Origin: Centruroides vittatus
Taxonomy: Eukaryota
Direction of reading: 5' to 3'
NCBI RefSeq assembly: GCF_030686945.1
Contig: NW_027122708.1
Coordinates: forward strand, 5,610,248 to 5,674,247
DNA length: 64,000 nucleotides
Shown here piece after piece: positions 1 through 12,470 of this stretch. The translations under genes and the position numbers were made by a program. Positions within the stretch are counted from its first letter, which is position 1. Each line of letters opens with the position of its first letter. Under the pieces are notes generated by a model that was not told the origin of the DNA, did not search any database, and saw only the letters and a list, made by a program, of their open reading frames with translations.

Positions 1-3000
1 AGGAGTTTTATTTTAGTATTAAAACTTTATTATCAATTTTAATGAAGTCACGAGTTATTGGAATTTTTGAAAAAGTTGATAGAAAGATAATAATAAATAC
101 TAAAATATTTATAATATCGATTTATCATGAAAAATTATCGATAAATGCAATGATTATTTAAATTAAAATTTTATCCAAAGATATTATTTAATTTCTTCCA
201 AATACATATTTACAGAGGAAAGTTATTAAATAGAGAATAAGCCAAAGTTGGTCTTGATTTATAGCAGATTTGCTGAAGCGCGCATAAATTTAATTTATCA
301 CTAGCCATTAGATAACAAATGTTTTATTCTTGTAACTTTGGTAACGAATTTCATTAATTTTGTTACGGGCATTCAACTTTTCCTTATTTGTAAATATATG
401 GTATTATGAATTCGAAATGATTGAAAGTTATTCAAATGGATCTCAAGGTCAGGGGTTCACTAAAACCTAACATGAACTGAATACTTATACTACTAGGTAT
501 ATACCAAACGTGGAAAAAACCCTCATTTGATGCAAACTTAATCTTTTTAGCGATTGGTTTGCGCATGATTTTCCGATATTTCCTCATTAATCATTGTCGT
601 GATAACAACTGTTCATTTTTCTTCAGTCAGTACGTTTTCCCATAAGATAACATGTGATAATGATTCTGTCTCGAACCTTTAAAGATTTACATAAAGATGA
701 TCAAAATTCTAATAGAGTAAATAGATCGAGAAGATGTTTGGTTGATTATAATTATAAAATTTCTTAAGGAACCATCGTCTTTACAATTCATTAAAGATGC
801 AAAACAGAATGATTATGATTGACTGTATATTTTAATAATTAAAATTTTAAAATATCTTTGGATTGTAATAGGCCTATATGCCTTATTTTTCCTGATTTTG
901 CCCTCTGTAATTTGATTATAGAGGACTTTGAAAAAATTACAAACCATTTTAAGTATTCTTTTTATGAAAACTGATACTTATATTAATAAAATGGATTGGG
1001 AAATGATTATATACTGTATATGTGTTTCGAGTGTAAGCTTTGCACACAGACTAATTTCATTTGTTACTTGTCTTGGTATTCGTATTTAAAAACTAATCTG
1101 TCGTAAAGGTCTCATATACTTATACACTCATTGAGAAAAAAGTTACGTAGCCAAATTGTTCGATTGCTGCAAAACTCGGCATACAGCTATGTCTTAGACA
1201 GGTATGTAAATGATTACGGTTGTGGTCCGATTGCGTGCAAAGTAATGTCTTCAGAGTGCCTTAAAATCGTTACCCTATATCCTGTAAAAAGGTTCACAGG
1301 AGTTTACTGTGTGTCAGAATTTTCAGTGTACCTATTGTTTGGAGATCTTTGGACGACAGATTCGAAGATACATTGAAAATTGGCTTGGGAAACAATCTCG
1401 TTTGACAGTCGATCACCTCTAGGAATAATGCGAAGGATATTGACAGAATAGTGATACGTTCAGGAAATCCTGCACCCTCCTATTTCCCGAACGTTGCCTT
1501 CCAAAATTTTCTTAAATTAAAGTTCAGACATTGCTGCTAATAAACATAATGCTCGGCCACTCACGGTACGGAGAGATGTCTCCGTCACGTTGCTCCCTTG
1601 GCCTGCCCGGTCGTCCATTGAGTATTTGTGGGACTTGTAGATGGAATGCCAGTTTCGATTGTCTACGAGTATGAGGTAGGCTATCTAGAGCGACTGTTGC
1701 AGCATCTACCGGAAAATCTGCCACAGGACAGCATATGGTGCCTGAATGTCTTCATGCCCGACCGTATTGTTGTATAGGCCTATATCCAAGAAAAAGGAGG
1801 CTTTACAAGGTACTAAAGGTTTGTTTAAATTGTATAATTATTGCGTAGAAAATTGTAATCACTTATTACCATCGTCAACGCATTCGCACTTATAAAGTTT
1901 CATTCGATTTCAACGCTCCCTTCTTGGTGCGTAACTTTTTTGTCAATGAATCTTTTTATTTTGTTCATCATTACTTCATTCTAATAAGGTTTTGTGCCAA
2001 ATGACAATAAATTAACTTTAAATGTATATACAATATTCAAATTGGGAAACAAATAATTTTATTAATATTAATTCGTTTTTGATTTATAGTAAAAGATTTT
2101 TATTTACAGTAGGCCTATATAATTATTAAAAAGAGTGTAACTGTAGTTTAAAATTCGATATAATAAAATATAAATTCGTGCGTAGGAAAATGATTATTAT
2201 TAATAAATCAACTTAAAAAAATAAATCTTTATAATGGTTATTACAAAATTTTCATCTATTTTATATTTTATAACGTAATGACTAAGAAGTAAAATGATAC
2301 ATGAAATGTTTGAAGAAATGTAACGTTTAGCCCTGATTTTTATCATAATTTTTCATCTTATTTATTTAAAGTTTAACTTTATTAAGTCAATTTATTAGAA
2401 TGATTTATTGCTTTAATTAAAAAGCTAACGAAATTGATACTTATAAAAAGTAGTTAAAATAAAAATAAAAATTTAATGATTGTAAAAGTAATGAGAACAA
2501 TGTGCACTTACGTCTAAATTAATAGTTACGGACACAAACCAGAATGAAAATAGACTAATGAGTTCTTTCGCGTTTTAAACAAGATTTGATAATAATTATA
2601 CGGAAGGTGTAATTTCTCCAGCATTAACCAATTAATATTTTATAAAATCAGAAGGCGGCAAATGTGACATTCCACTCATTTATCTCGTCGAGTGTCATTT
2701 TTGTCGTCGTTCAATATTCAACTACATATTGATAAAGTATTGGTCGACAGAGAGAGAGGGTTAAAATAGATACCTCATAAATCTCTCTATCTTGTCATTT
2801 GACAATGTCCCAAGGGGGACGACCAAACGTCTCTTAAAATCCCGATCACGTTATTCTGGTCAGCACGTCATCCTTTTGCTTGGTTTAATCATTATCTTTT
2901 AATTATCATAAATTCAAGGATTGGTGCGTGTCTCTCAGTTTAATTTTGATTGGCTTTTACGAAAATGTATCTAAATTTAACCAAATTGCCATAAAATCAA

Positions 3001-4594
3001 AATGTTCGCGATTTTATTCTCTTTTATTCTTATTTTACTGTTAAAATATTTAATTGATATGTAAAAATTAAACATTGTGTGCCAATATCATCGAATTTTT
3101 TCAAATTCACAGAATTTTTCGAAGTCCATTGCTGAAACCTTGAACGGTTATCTTTGTCCTTCTGTAGATAATTACAGGTTTGGCAAGAAGGACGTTCGTA
3201 AAATTTCAAAGAATGAAAATTAAAAAGATATAAAGCCTACTAACGACTTGTAGCGTTAAAATATTTTATCAAAGAATAGACAAAGCACGTAATATGATTT
3301 GTTATAGTATTGATTATCTCATTGAAGATATTCTAAATTCCAATAGAATTTGTGTGTGCTTAAACTAACATTCATTATATTAAAAATATTTTCGATAAGT
3401 TTATTTGGCCTGAACATTAATCAATAGCTGTTTGAGATTGTTAATACATCCAAATCTTTATTTACTATAAAAATTGTGTTATATATTAATTTATTTTTGA
3501 AAAAAAAAATTAATAATCTACAAATAAATATATCCACTTGTCAACAAATGTATGTAAAAACTACAAAAATGAACGATTTAATTGTCAATTACCATAATTG
3601 TCCGTAGAAAAAAGTAACCTAAAATTATTTACTAAGTAGGCTATATAATTTTATCATGACTTCAAAATATAATGAACACTATTTTTCAAAATGCCGTTAT
3701 TATATCTAGATAAGAGATGGCAGCACTTTAGTAAAGGTCTCAATTTTATCACCGATCTCTTTTCTCCAACGAGAGATAAGAGATTTTCTTGATAATTATC
3801 AAATTTCTGGAATTTGAGCATGGCAGAAAGGAGAACACAAGAACCATTACAGTGTTTAAGCTGTTGCATCAATAGAGTAATTAGTGAAGGTAATATTTCA
3901 ATGATAAGACCGACTCCGCCCGATTTCTCTAAAAGAGACACGTGATGGTTAGTTATCCCGCATCCATCTAGAATACAAATTGGCGATTAACTTGCCAGTT
4001 CTAAAGATCTGTAGACTTTGTTAAACAAACAGTGCAACCGACCAATGAATTATGTAGAATGGCATGGATTATATTTATATTTAAACTGCCAAATGGAATT
4101 ATATACACTTATTTTTAAATATTTGCTTCAATTGGCATCGTGTAATAAAATTAAATATTTGTTTATATTACATATGCTAAGCTAAACGAAGTCATTATTC
4201 TTGGCTTTTACGCCAATGACGACAACTGCTTATTACTGTAGATTATCACTGGCTGTTTATCATTTTCTAGTGCGCGATACATGAAAGATATGGCCACGAG
4301 CTATGTCTAAAACATCCTCTTCTAGTTCTCACATTATCTACTACTAGGATGATAATTTGACACACTTTAAGGAGCCAAGACTTTCATTTATTTATGGCCC
4401 GATGGCTCATAAGTAGTAGACATACATTCTACTACATAAATCGTTTTTAAAGCATGCCGAAATTTATGGAATCTTTGGATATTTGCCCAATAATATAGTA
4501 GAATTCGGCAAAAAAATTTTTTTTTAAAATAGAATCATAAATCTTAAATAATTTTCTATAAACGTTTTATCCACACCTGACTCTTTTACAACAC

Positions 4595-4644
4595 TAGCAA
4601 TTATTGTAATAATAATAATATTATTATTATTACAATAATTGCTA
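4595..4644. repeat. Perfect 50-bp AT-rich palindrome.
   Basis: tagcaattattgtaataataataat|attattattattacaataattgcta: the left half is the exact reverse complement of the right half, verified base by base. Confidence 0.9.
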
Positions 4645-5424
4645 ATGTGGTAGATGTATTAGCGTCGATAACGAACAAAGTGGATATTTCTGGAGTTTTT
4701 CTAGAAATTGTGTTGACTACTGGAAAAATTAATTGCGATTTGCCACAAAATTAATTTAGCCAACTTTGTAAATCATATTAAGTGGATTTACAATTCACTC
4801 ATTTCTCATGCCAGTCAGAGATTTATGACACTTCATTAAGTTGTAAAGCACGTGGCAGTAGACTACGTAAGCAAGGGTGGAGCACATTATGGTATACAAT
4901 CGTTAGATACGAGTCTTGGATTACAAATGTAGAAGGATAATTGACTAGGAATTATAAAAAGTGAAATTAATCTTTACGAGCATTTTGAATGATTTTTGGG
5001 TAATATTTCATCTTTGTTAAAGTTATAATAAATCTCTTGATATAACTTTTAAGTTCATAAGTTTTTATTATACGAACGTAATGTAATCTTAAGAAAGTTT
5101 TATATATAAACCAAAATGATTGAGATAGAGATAAAGTACCAATTATTTTTAATTTGTTTATGTCCAAGTTCTTAAATTATCTTATTAACTTTAAACAAAC
5201 TACTTCCTAATTATGAAAGAAAACCTCGTAAGTAAGCATCGAATTGAATTTTAAAATATTTTCTATATTTCATAAGATTACATATATGATATATACGTAA
5301 TAGATAATACATTATTTACAGCAGGCTCGTTATTGGAAAAAAGGCACGAGCTATAGGAAGAGTTTCGAATAAGAGAACAATCCTGGCTTTGTCTTCCAGT
5401 CCTTCATCTCGACAGTGCGTTTTT

Positions 5425-5436
5425 TATAGGCCTATA
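5425..5436. repeat. Example instance of the dispersed palindromic motif TATAGGCCTATA.
   Basis: Exact TAGGCCTA cores start at 869, 1775, 2110, 5427, 10788, 11760, 21930, 29622 and 56175. Near variants are at 3640, 10757, 15493, 44820, 47432 and 53163. Confidence 0.6.
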
Positions 5437-5514
5437 TAAAAATACGTTCGTAAGTTGTGCAGTTCACTATCTGTAATTATGGCAAATTTCTCGATCAATC
5501 AATAAATGACACGC

Positions 5515-5837
5515 TCATATATCGTTCTTTAAAGTTTTGCTGTGGTTTTGGAATTTCTTGCACTTGCAAGATCGGACGACTCTTATCTTGTATGTCCTTC
5601 GATCACCCGAACGACAGATCAAATGAACTCGCTTATGACGGACTAAATCATTAACGCATCGCCATTCGGAGGAACGTGTCCGACTCCTCCTGCTGACCAG
5701 TTCTGTGTACCATGGAAGTTCCGCCACTGGAAGGCATATTCCGGCGCACACTACTTCGGTTACAGGCTTGATAGAGGTACAATATCCGTCCGATATGTAT
5801 TTCTTCGAGCGCAACTCCTTACAACCAAGCTGCACAT
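5515..5837 (-). CDS. sostdc1-like: Terminal coding exon of a sclerostin/SOSTDC1-like protein (DAN-family cystine-knot, secreted BMP/Wnt antagonist type).
   Basis: Minus-strand ORF reads VQLGCKELRSKKYISDGYCTSIKPVTEVVCAGICLP...SSEWRCVND...RTYKIRVVRSCKCKKFQNHS. It has the cystine-knot spacing C..C..CxGxC..C..C..CxC. From memory it aligns closely with vertebrate SOSTDC1/SOST (CRELRS.KYISDG.CTS, EWRCVND, RTYKI.VV..CKCK). The exon is preceded on the minus strand by tttatttttcag, and the 2 nt (at) after the AG complete a phase-1 split codon before the GTG-Val codon at 5835-5833. Stop TGA is at 5517-5515. Confidence 0.8.
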
Positions 5838-5914
5838 CTGAAAAATAAATAAAATTATTAAATTTTTTCTCTCAGAAATCTTGGTAAAACACCTGAAGAA
5901 CATAGAATCCTTAC

Positions 5915-5998
5915 AGGTGCTAGGCACGGTGGCCAGACGATCGGTGCCAGCGGCCACTGACCTATTTCTCAGCAGCAGCTGGGACCGACTCGACACAC
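5915..5998 (-). CDS. Candidate 84-nt internal exon of the SOSTDC1-like gene. It encodes ..VSSRSQLLLRNRSVAAGTDRLATVPST(Y).
   Basis: Minus-strand acceptor ...ctcgctctgcag|GT (AG at 6000-5999) and donor |gtaagg (5914-5909). The 77-nt intron 5838-5914 then joins in phase to the terminal exon (t + at = Tyr). The peptide has weak RN....G.DR resemblance to the region just N-terminal of the knot in SOSTDC1. No Met and no signal peptide are present, so a further 5' exon is still missing. Confidence 0.35.
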
Positions 5999-8900
5999 CT
6001 GCAGAGCGAGTGGCAGGCCAATGTCAGGTGAGAGAAAACATCGAGAGTCACGTCAATGTATCACACTTCCAGTCACGCGTGGGCGTCACTTTCCTCTCTG
6101 ACAATGCACCGTCCATCGAGATTTTCTCCTAATCCCAGTTAGGAGGAAAGATTATCTTCGCCATCGACGATCACTCAAAAAATAATTGATAGATTTTAAT
6201 ATAAGTAATTGCTTTTCATAGTAGAAATTTCCGAAGTAAAATAATAATCGAAAAAGACGTTTTAATAACATAACAAGATGCGAAAATTTAAGTGACCTTT
6301 GGCATTTATTAATGTAGCCGATGTGTCTTCTTTATAATGTCCTTGGCGCTGATTTGTTGTTGCTCTCGGAGATGAAAATGCCATCGTCCTGCCTGATGTT
6401 CGTGTAAATCCAAATGCTTAAAGACAAGTTAAACAAACACGACGTCGAGTATTTTCGTTAATGCATCTCTATTACAAGCATTTTCTTTTTAAAAATAGCT
6501 TATTTTATTGTCGCAGCTTAAACCAAACTAATCTATAATCAGACAATTTAAATAAACTTTTGTTTTTTTAAATAAACAAATGTATTTAAAAAAATTAATC
6601 AAATAACATAGGCTCATTTCTGAATTATCTTCATACTGTTACAAATTTCGGTATACAGTAGTAAGAATAAATCTTATAAATATTTAAATGACTTAAATAT
6701 AAATCTATATTCTATATTACTGTATTTAGGTTAATTATTATATTATGCGAGTGTTGATACTGGCTGTTATGACTGTAACAAGAATAGTTTATATAAACAA
6801 AACTCTAAGTTCTAACAACCAAATTTGAATGTAGATTATTATTGGAAAGATAATACATTTTTCTATATTAACAGTAAAAAGGTAATAATGCAAATATTGA
6901 ATTTAAATTAAATTAACTCGAATAAAAAAAGGTAAATTTTTTTGCGAATAAATAATACAACTGTAATTCTTTTTTAACAGTAAAGCTCTAAAAATATCAT
7001 TAGACCTATTGGATTTCTTGAAAAATTAAATTTAAAATTATAATTTTTATACAATTCTTTTTAAGCAATGAGAGTATATTGGGTACACGTCAAGGATAAA
7101 AAGGTTTTGTTTCCTCGATGTCTGGAGTGAAGTTTGGAAACTTCAACTCTGGCACATTGCCGAAGAATTCAGCCAAATGTCACCTTATGATTGGCTGCAA
7201 CCGAGCTGTCTCTTTCCTTCCGTCCAGAATGAATCGCAATTAAAAATATGTAATTATTACATCACAGGAAAACAAGTACATGTATCGATCTTCAAGTTTT
7301 TAAGGAATCAAACACATATGAGCGAATGGATTGCTCGCGGCTAAGTTATTATTTTATAGGTAATCAAAATTTTTCATCGCCTTAAATACATTAGACTAAG
7401 TCTTATTACAATGGGAAAATGTATAAAGATTATTTACGAGGGTCATCGTCGTATGTTTTCCTGACAAGATCGCAATTCATTTCAATAGTATTCTCTGACA
7501 TCCGAGGAAAACTCCATAAAACGGACAAGGAAAATACGTGACACGTTCGGAGATAAAATCCAATAAATGCCATTCCGACTGATTTATACGAAAGACATAA
7601 ATAACTATCTCATAAAAAGAGGAATTTGCTCTAACGTAGCAGACTTTATTTAACAATTAACTGATTCGGTGTGTAGAGAAAAAATAACAAAAAAATAAAA
7701 ACTTCCGTTGAAGCTGCTTTTGTTTGCCATCTCATTAGAAAGAGCGTTTTACTTCACAAAATCAGTCAAATGCGTTTTATTTAATAGAGTTTTAAGGCAT
7801 AGCAACGGATCGAGAAGCAGTCACGAGTTGGATGAGTATTAATCCCCACAGCTTTGATGGATGAGAGAGATAGAGGAAAGGCGAGGTAGATTAATGATGA
7901 AACGATAGCATCTATAACGCAGCACCTGCATTCTGCCAGATATACAATGAATGAAATAAACTGATGTTGTTCTCTTAATACAACAAGGTGCCTGACTCAT
8001 GAAGAGAATAATTTATGAATACTTCTATCAGATCCACGATCCCTTCATAAATAAAGTCATGTTTAAATGTAAGTCGATCGACATTGGTATGAGAATTTTA
8101 ATGAGTCATTTTAATTAGTATCACATATATGTTATGAAGAGTCTAAAACGTTCGAGACGTTATTTACCACATAGGCATGATGTTACGAACTTTATACTGT
8201 AGCCTTGCTTAATTAACGCGTTAACAAACGTAACTAAAATGATATTTCTCCCCTCTCTTATAAATGATGTATTCCAGCCAAATTTATTGCATTATATAAT
8301 AAAAAAAAATTAATTAAAATATACTATTGTAAATGCTTAATCACGTTATCTTAGATCTTATATAATCTATCCATTTTGTTAAAATTGTTATATTGGTAAA
8401 GCGTTTTAAAGCAATAATTTCGATGATATTCGAATGAATTTAAGTCTACTTGAGTTAGACCACGTGATCGATAATTGTTATTGAAAGCATTAAATTTTAA
8501 CAGCTTAAGGCAGGAAGGAAAGCAAAGCAAAAGACCGCATTCGTCATCATTATGCGTCACCAATCGGATTTTTAGTGCACCCATCGAACTTCTTTGAAAA
8601 TATTATCATGTTTAATAAGCTACTGGGTGGATGCATAAGATGGATGAGTACAGCCAACAGAAAACGGATGTTTCTGTATCGACATTCTTAAATCGTTTAA
8701 TAAATGAATATTTAATAATTTTTTGAGGGTTAAATAAACATGAGTGTTTATTAACAGTCGACGCAACTTGAGTAATGAAAATATTTCCTTACTGATATAA
8801 ATTAAACACTGGGCTAATTCTAATCGTTAACTTTAACTGAATTTTTCATTATTTATTATTTTATAAATTAGACGAAAAAAGTCTTTATTACAATTGATTA

Positions 8901-11900
8901 TTTTTAATCTAATACAAGTTTTCTGAAATTTTAATCAACCTTTTTCATCATTCAAACCGATTTTGAAGCAAGTTCTTAATGGTAATCCAATCAGGTTTTG
9001 TCCTTTCACATCTCGTCAACTTCGTAAAGATGAGGGCCTCTTTCTTAAAGCCGAAAATCTCCGAGAAAACTCGGAGATAATTTAGATCGGCACGATATTT
9101 TTGATATAAGCAATGGATACTAAGATCTATAATCAATGGGAAGATGTCTCCAAGAATAAAGTCGTAATTTTAAACGAGGCGCTTGTAAATTTTGAATTTT
9201 ACCTCCCCCCCGTGTTGATTGTTGCCGCGCCGCTTTCTCGACAATAGAAAAGGTAACCTGTTTCTGGACATGACGGAGGATAGTTTCTATTGTTCCCCGT
9301 CTCTCAATTATGCTGCAGTATGAAACACGTGCCTCCATCCATTGCTGGAGGTATACAACATTTACAACGTCCTTGAGAGGCTCACTCACTGATTGGGTCT
9401 GTTTTTTTCACGGGGGACAGTGCGTGACAGGGAAACACTAGAAAGAGCCTCTTATCTCGTATTGATTTTTTGAAGGAATAATTGTATCTATAGCTTATAC
9501 GTATGAGCGCTTTTGATAGCATATAATTTGGCACATAAAATCAATATTTATAGGAAGAAGCCCAACTCATTAGAAGCTAATATTAGCTTCATTATGTAAG
9601 GGAAAAAAAGTTATAAATGATTAGTTAAATATTTTGAGGGGTTCCTAATAAAATTAGCAACTCAACGAATCGTGAAGTTAAACTGAAATATTTCTGCCGT
9701 GACGGAAAAAGACACATCATAATTTCCTAAACGAAATAGCATTCAGGCAATATGCCCAATCTCGTTTATTGCTTAACACGGTTGCAAATGCGGTGTTAAT
9801 GTAAATTATACTGTTTTGAAAACAGTCAAACGAGTAGGCTAATATATCAGTATTATGTTTAGTAAATATAATTAAATATTAAATAGGAAAAATAATTGGA
9901 AAAAGTATCTCACCTTTCATGTTGTTAGTTGTTATATAGTAGTCATTCTCGAGAAAATATGCCGTCGAATTGGAAAAGTTGTGCATCAAGCGCAGATGAG
10001 TGGATCTGGACGGTTGTTTGAAGGCTTTGCTGAGCAGACAACCCAATTCGACGAGGAAGACCACTACAACGGACCATCTCAAACTAGACGAACCCATCAT
10101 CGTCTGTCTGGAGGCCAAATCTTCCGGCTAAACCTGTCTATTTATGTACCGAATGGAATAAGACATTTGGCAAACAATTCTCTCGCTCTCGTCCCCTCAC
10201 TCACTACACATCTACATCCGACGTCGAACCTACTTCCAACGGGCCAACCAATCGCAGTCCGCCTGTCATTCATATAGTGTTGTCGGGCAATCACGTGATC
10301 CGCGTTGTTTTATCGAGTCTCGAGCCTACAAATTTGACGTCATCCACATTACAAGTAACATATATTCTAATTATTTTATATATGTGAAAGCTTTTAAACG
10401 TGTTATTCTTCTATTAGCGCGCTGTCGTCATATATTATTTTTAAAAAATAAATAAGTAAACAATAAATATAAGTAACCTAATTAAGTAAATTTATTTTCC
10501 TTTTCACCAAAATCGAATAAAACTTCTACGAAATTTTGACCAGAATAAATGTTCTTTTTTAAATAGAATTTTAAAATAATTAACCTCAGTAAATAACAAA
10601 ATATAAATAAATAATTTATATAATAAAAATGTTTTAATTAAAACGTTTGTCAGTAAATAAAATGTCGCTCATATTATACGATACATTAAGCAAATAATAT
10701 CTTTATTGTATATAACTTACTATATATACATTATAATGTATTTATATTTTATATACTGTAGGCCTTTATATGTGGTCTTAAATACATTAGGCCTACTTAC
10801 TTTTCTGTCAGACTGTAGTATTTAAAAATATTACTTTTTTAAAAAATCAGTTTTAATATTTATTATGGTTATTTGTACGCCAGTTGCGCTAAAAAGAATT
10901 CCCCTAATACAAGATTTGAATCCAATCAGATAGTATTTGGTGGGTAATCCGGATCAGGGTGCATTCCTTTGCTCACCCACGATGGCCAACCAATTGCGAG
11001 TCGGATCCGGAATTAAACCTAAAATCTCATATTACTCGTTGCTGCTAGTGAAATAGTTTGTAATGCTAATGCCGTATTATAATAATTCTATTACAATTCG
11101 TTTATTTTATAAATTTTAATGATATAACTTATATCTGAATTCTACCCAATCTCTTCTGAAAAGAAAAGGCCATTTTAATCTTTTGTTGTAATTGTTAATC
11201 GTGAATAAAGTCCGGTTTTCTATTGGCTGTTTTCTCTTTTGTCCGTATAATTCCAGCAAAATATCAATCATGAGCGATTTGTTCCAAACTAAACTTTTGT
11301 GTGGAAGGTCTTCTAGCTTAATTAATCTTAACATCTTGCCAAATTTAAACTAGAAAAGCGAGTAACGCTAATTTACCGAGATACAATAGCATTACATGGC
11401 AAAGGGAAACTATTAATCAACGTAAGATACTAGGCAACGTCACCGTGCCAAGGCCTTCTACTCGAGATGATCTAAAATTCATGATATTGTGAAAGATTTC
11501 CATATTTTTAACCACAAAAATAACAGGAATTTTTCATTTTTCTCTCATTAACAGTCGCCAAACAATTAAATTTTTCAGTTAATTTAATACATTGCACCAT
11601 TATCCTTATCTGTTAATTAAGATTAATTGGGATGCTGATAGTTTTATGTGTCGAGCTTACATACATAAATAATCTAATCTTACTCATATTATATTATTAT
11701 TATTTAAATTTTCCGATAATAGCTCTTGTTTCGGCTCCTTTAAAATTTTGATAATGACGTAGGCCTAAATATATAAACATCTAACGCTAGTAATTTTATC
11801 TCTTAATTTTTTTTTGGTAGTGATGACTTTCGCTTCTAATTAAAAACACATTAGGATTGGTATAAAACCAAATTAGAAAAGAAAAAAAAGTTTAATTTTT

Positions 11901-12169
11901 GAAAATTTTATCGCTTTGATTATATACGAGGACTGTAAAATATAAATGAGTCGATAAAATTTGTTAATGATTTTACGTAGGCAACTCTTAAATATGATAA
12001 TGATTGTATGAGCGCGAGGATGAATTTTTCCTTATCATTTTAATGCTAATAAATTAAAACAGCGAGTTTATTTATAGTAACGATTACAAATTTATTAATA
12101 AATTGACGATTATAAATCAAATAATAGGCATTAGTCTGTAAAATAATTGTAAATTATTTCCTGGTTATC

Positions 12170-12470
12170 AGTTTTACATAAAATTCTTCCCGACTCTTTT
12201 TCTCTTCCAATTCTTCCGCCCTGTGTCCACTAAGAAGGCCTCTTTTACATACCCATCGTGGACTCGAGGGCCTTTTATTATGCACCCAGGCCAAAAATGG
12301 AGACAGCCGAGTAGTGAGGAGTGGGGCCCGACATATCCGGAGCTTATCTCCACTTATCTCCTGTAAAAAATTCCTGGGTGTTTCCAGCTCGCTCGGATTC
12401 GATTCCGGATCCCCAGAGTGGTAGGCTGGTGTCTTAACCACCTCTTGATTCAAAGATGTCAAGAAAGTGA
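12170..12470 (-). mobile_element. tRNA-derived SINE (family A).
   Basis: The minus-strand reading starts GAGGTGGTTAAGACACCAGCCTACCACTCTGGGGATCCGGAATCGAATCCGAGCGAGCTGG (tRNA-like, GGTTAAG and GAATCGAATCC boxes). A body follows containing ...AATAAAAGGCCCTCGAGTCCA...CTTAGTGGACACAGGG. The 102-aa ORF 12154-12462 lies entirely inside this element. Confidence 0.55.

Noticed and set aside
9120-9389. 89-aa minus-strand ORF considered as a Tc1/mariner transposase fragment.
   Set aside because: I could find no convincing alignment to the mariner N-terminal HTH or to DDE motifs. It was left unannotated.
10920-11020. tRNA-like segment (ggtgggtaatccggatcagggtg...gagtcggatccggaatt) as a tRNA gene.
   Set aside because: It cannot be folded into a cloverleaf with proper acceptor and anticodon arms. 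It shares ggatccggaat with the family-A SINE head and is more likely a SINE fragment. The same judgement applies to the tRNA-like stretches at 21090-21180 and 53010-53080.
12154-12462. 102-aa minus-strand ORF.
   Set aside because: It is contained in the tRNA-derived family-A SINE. The translation is low-complexity and spans the tRNA-like head.
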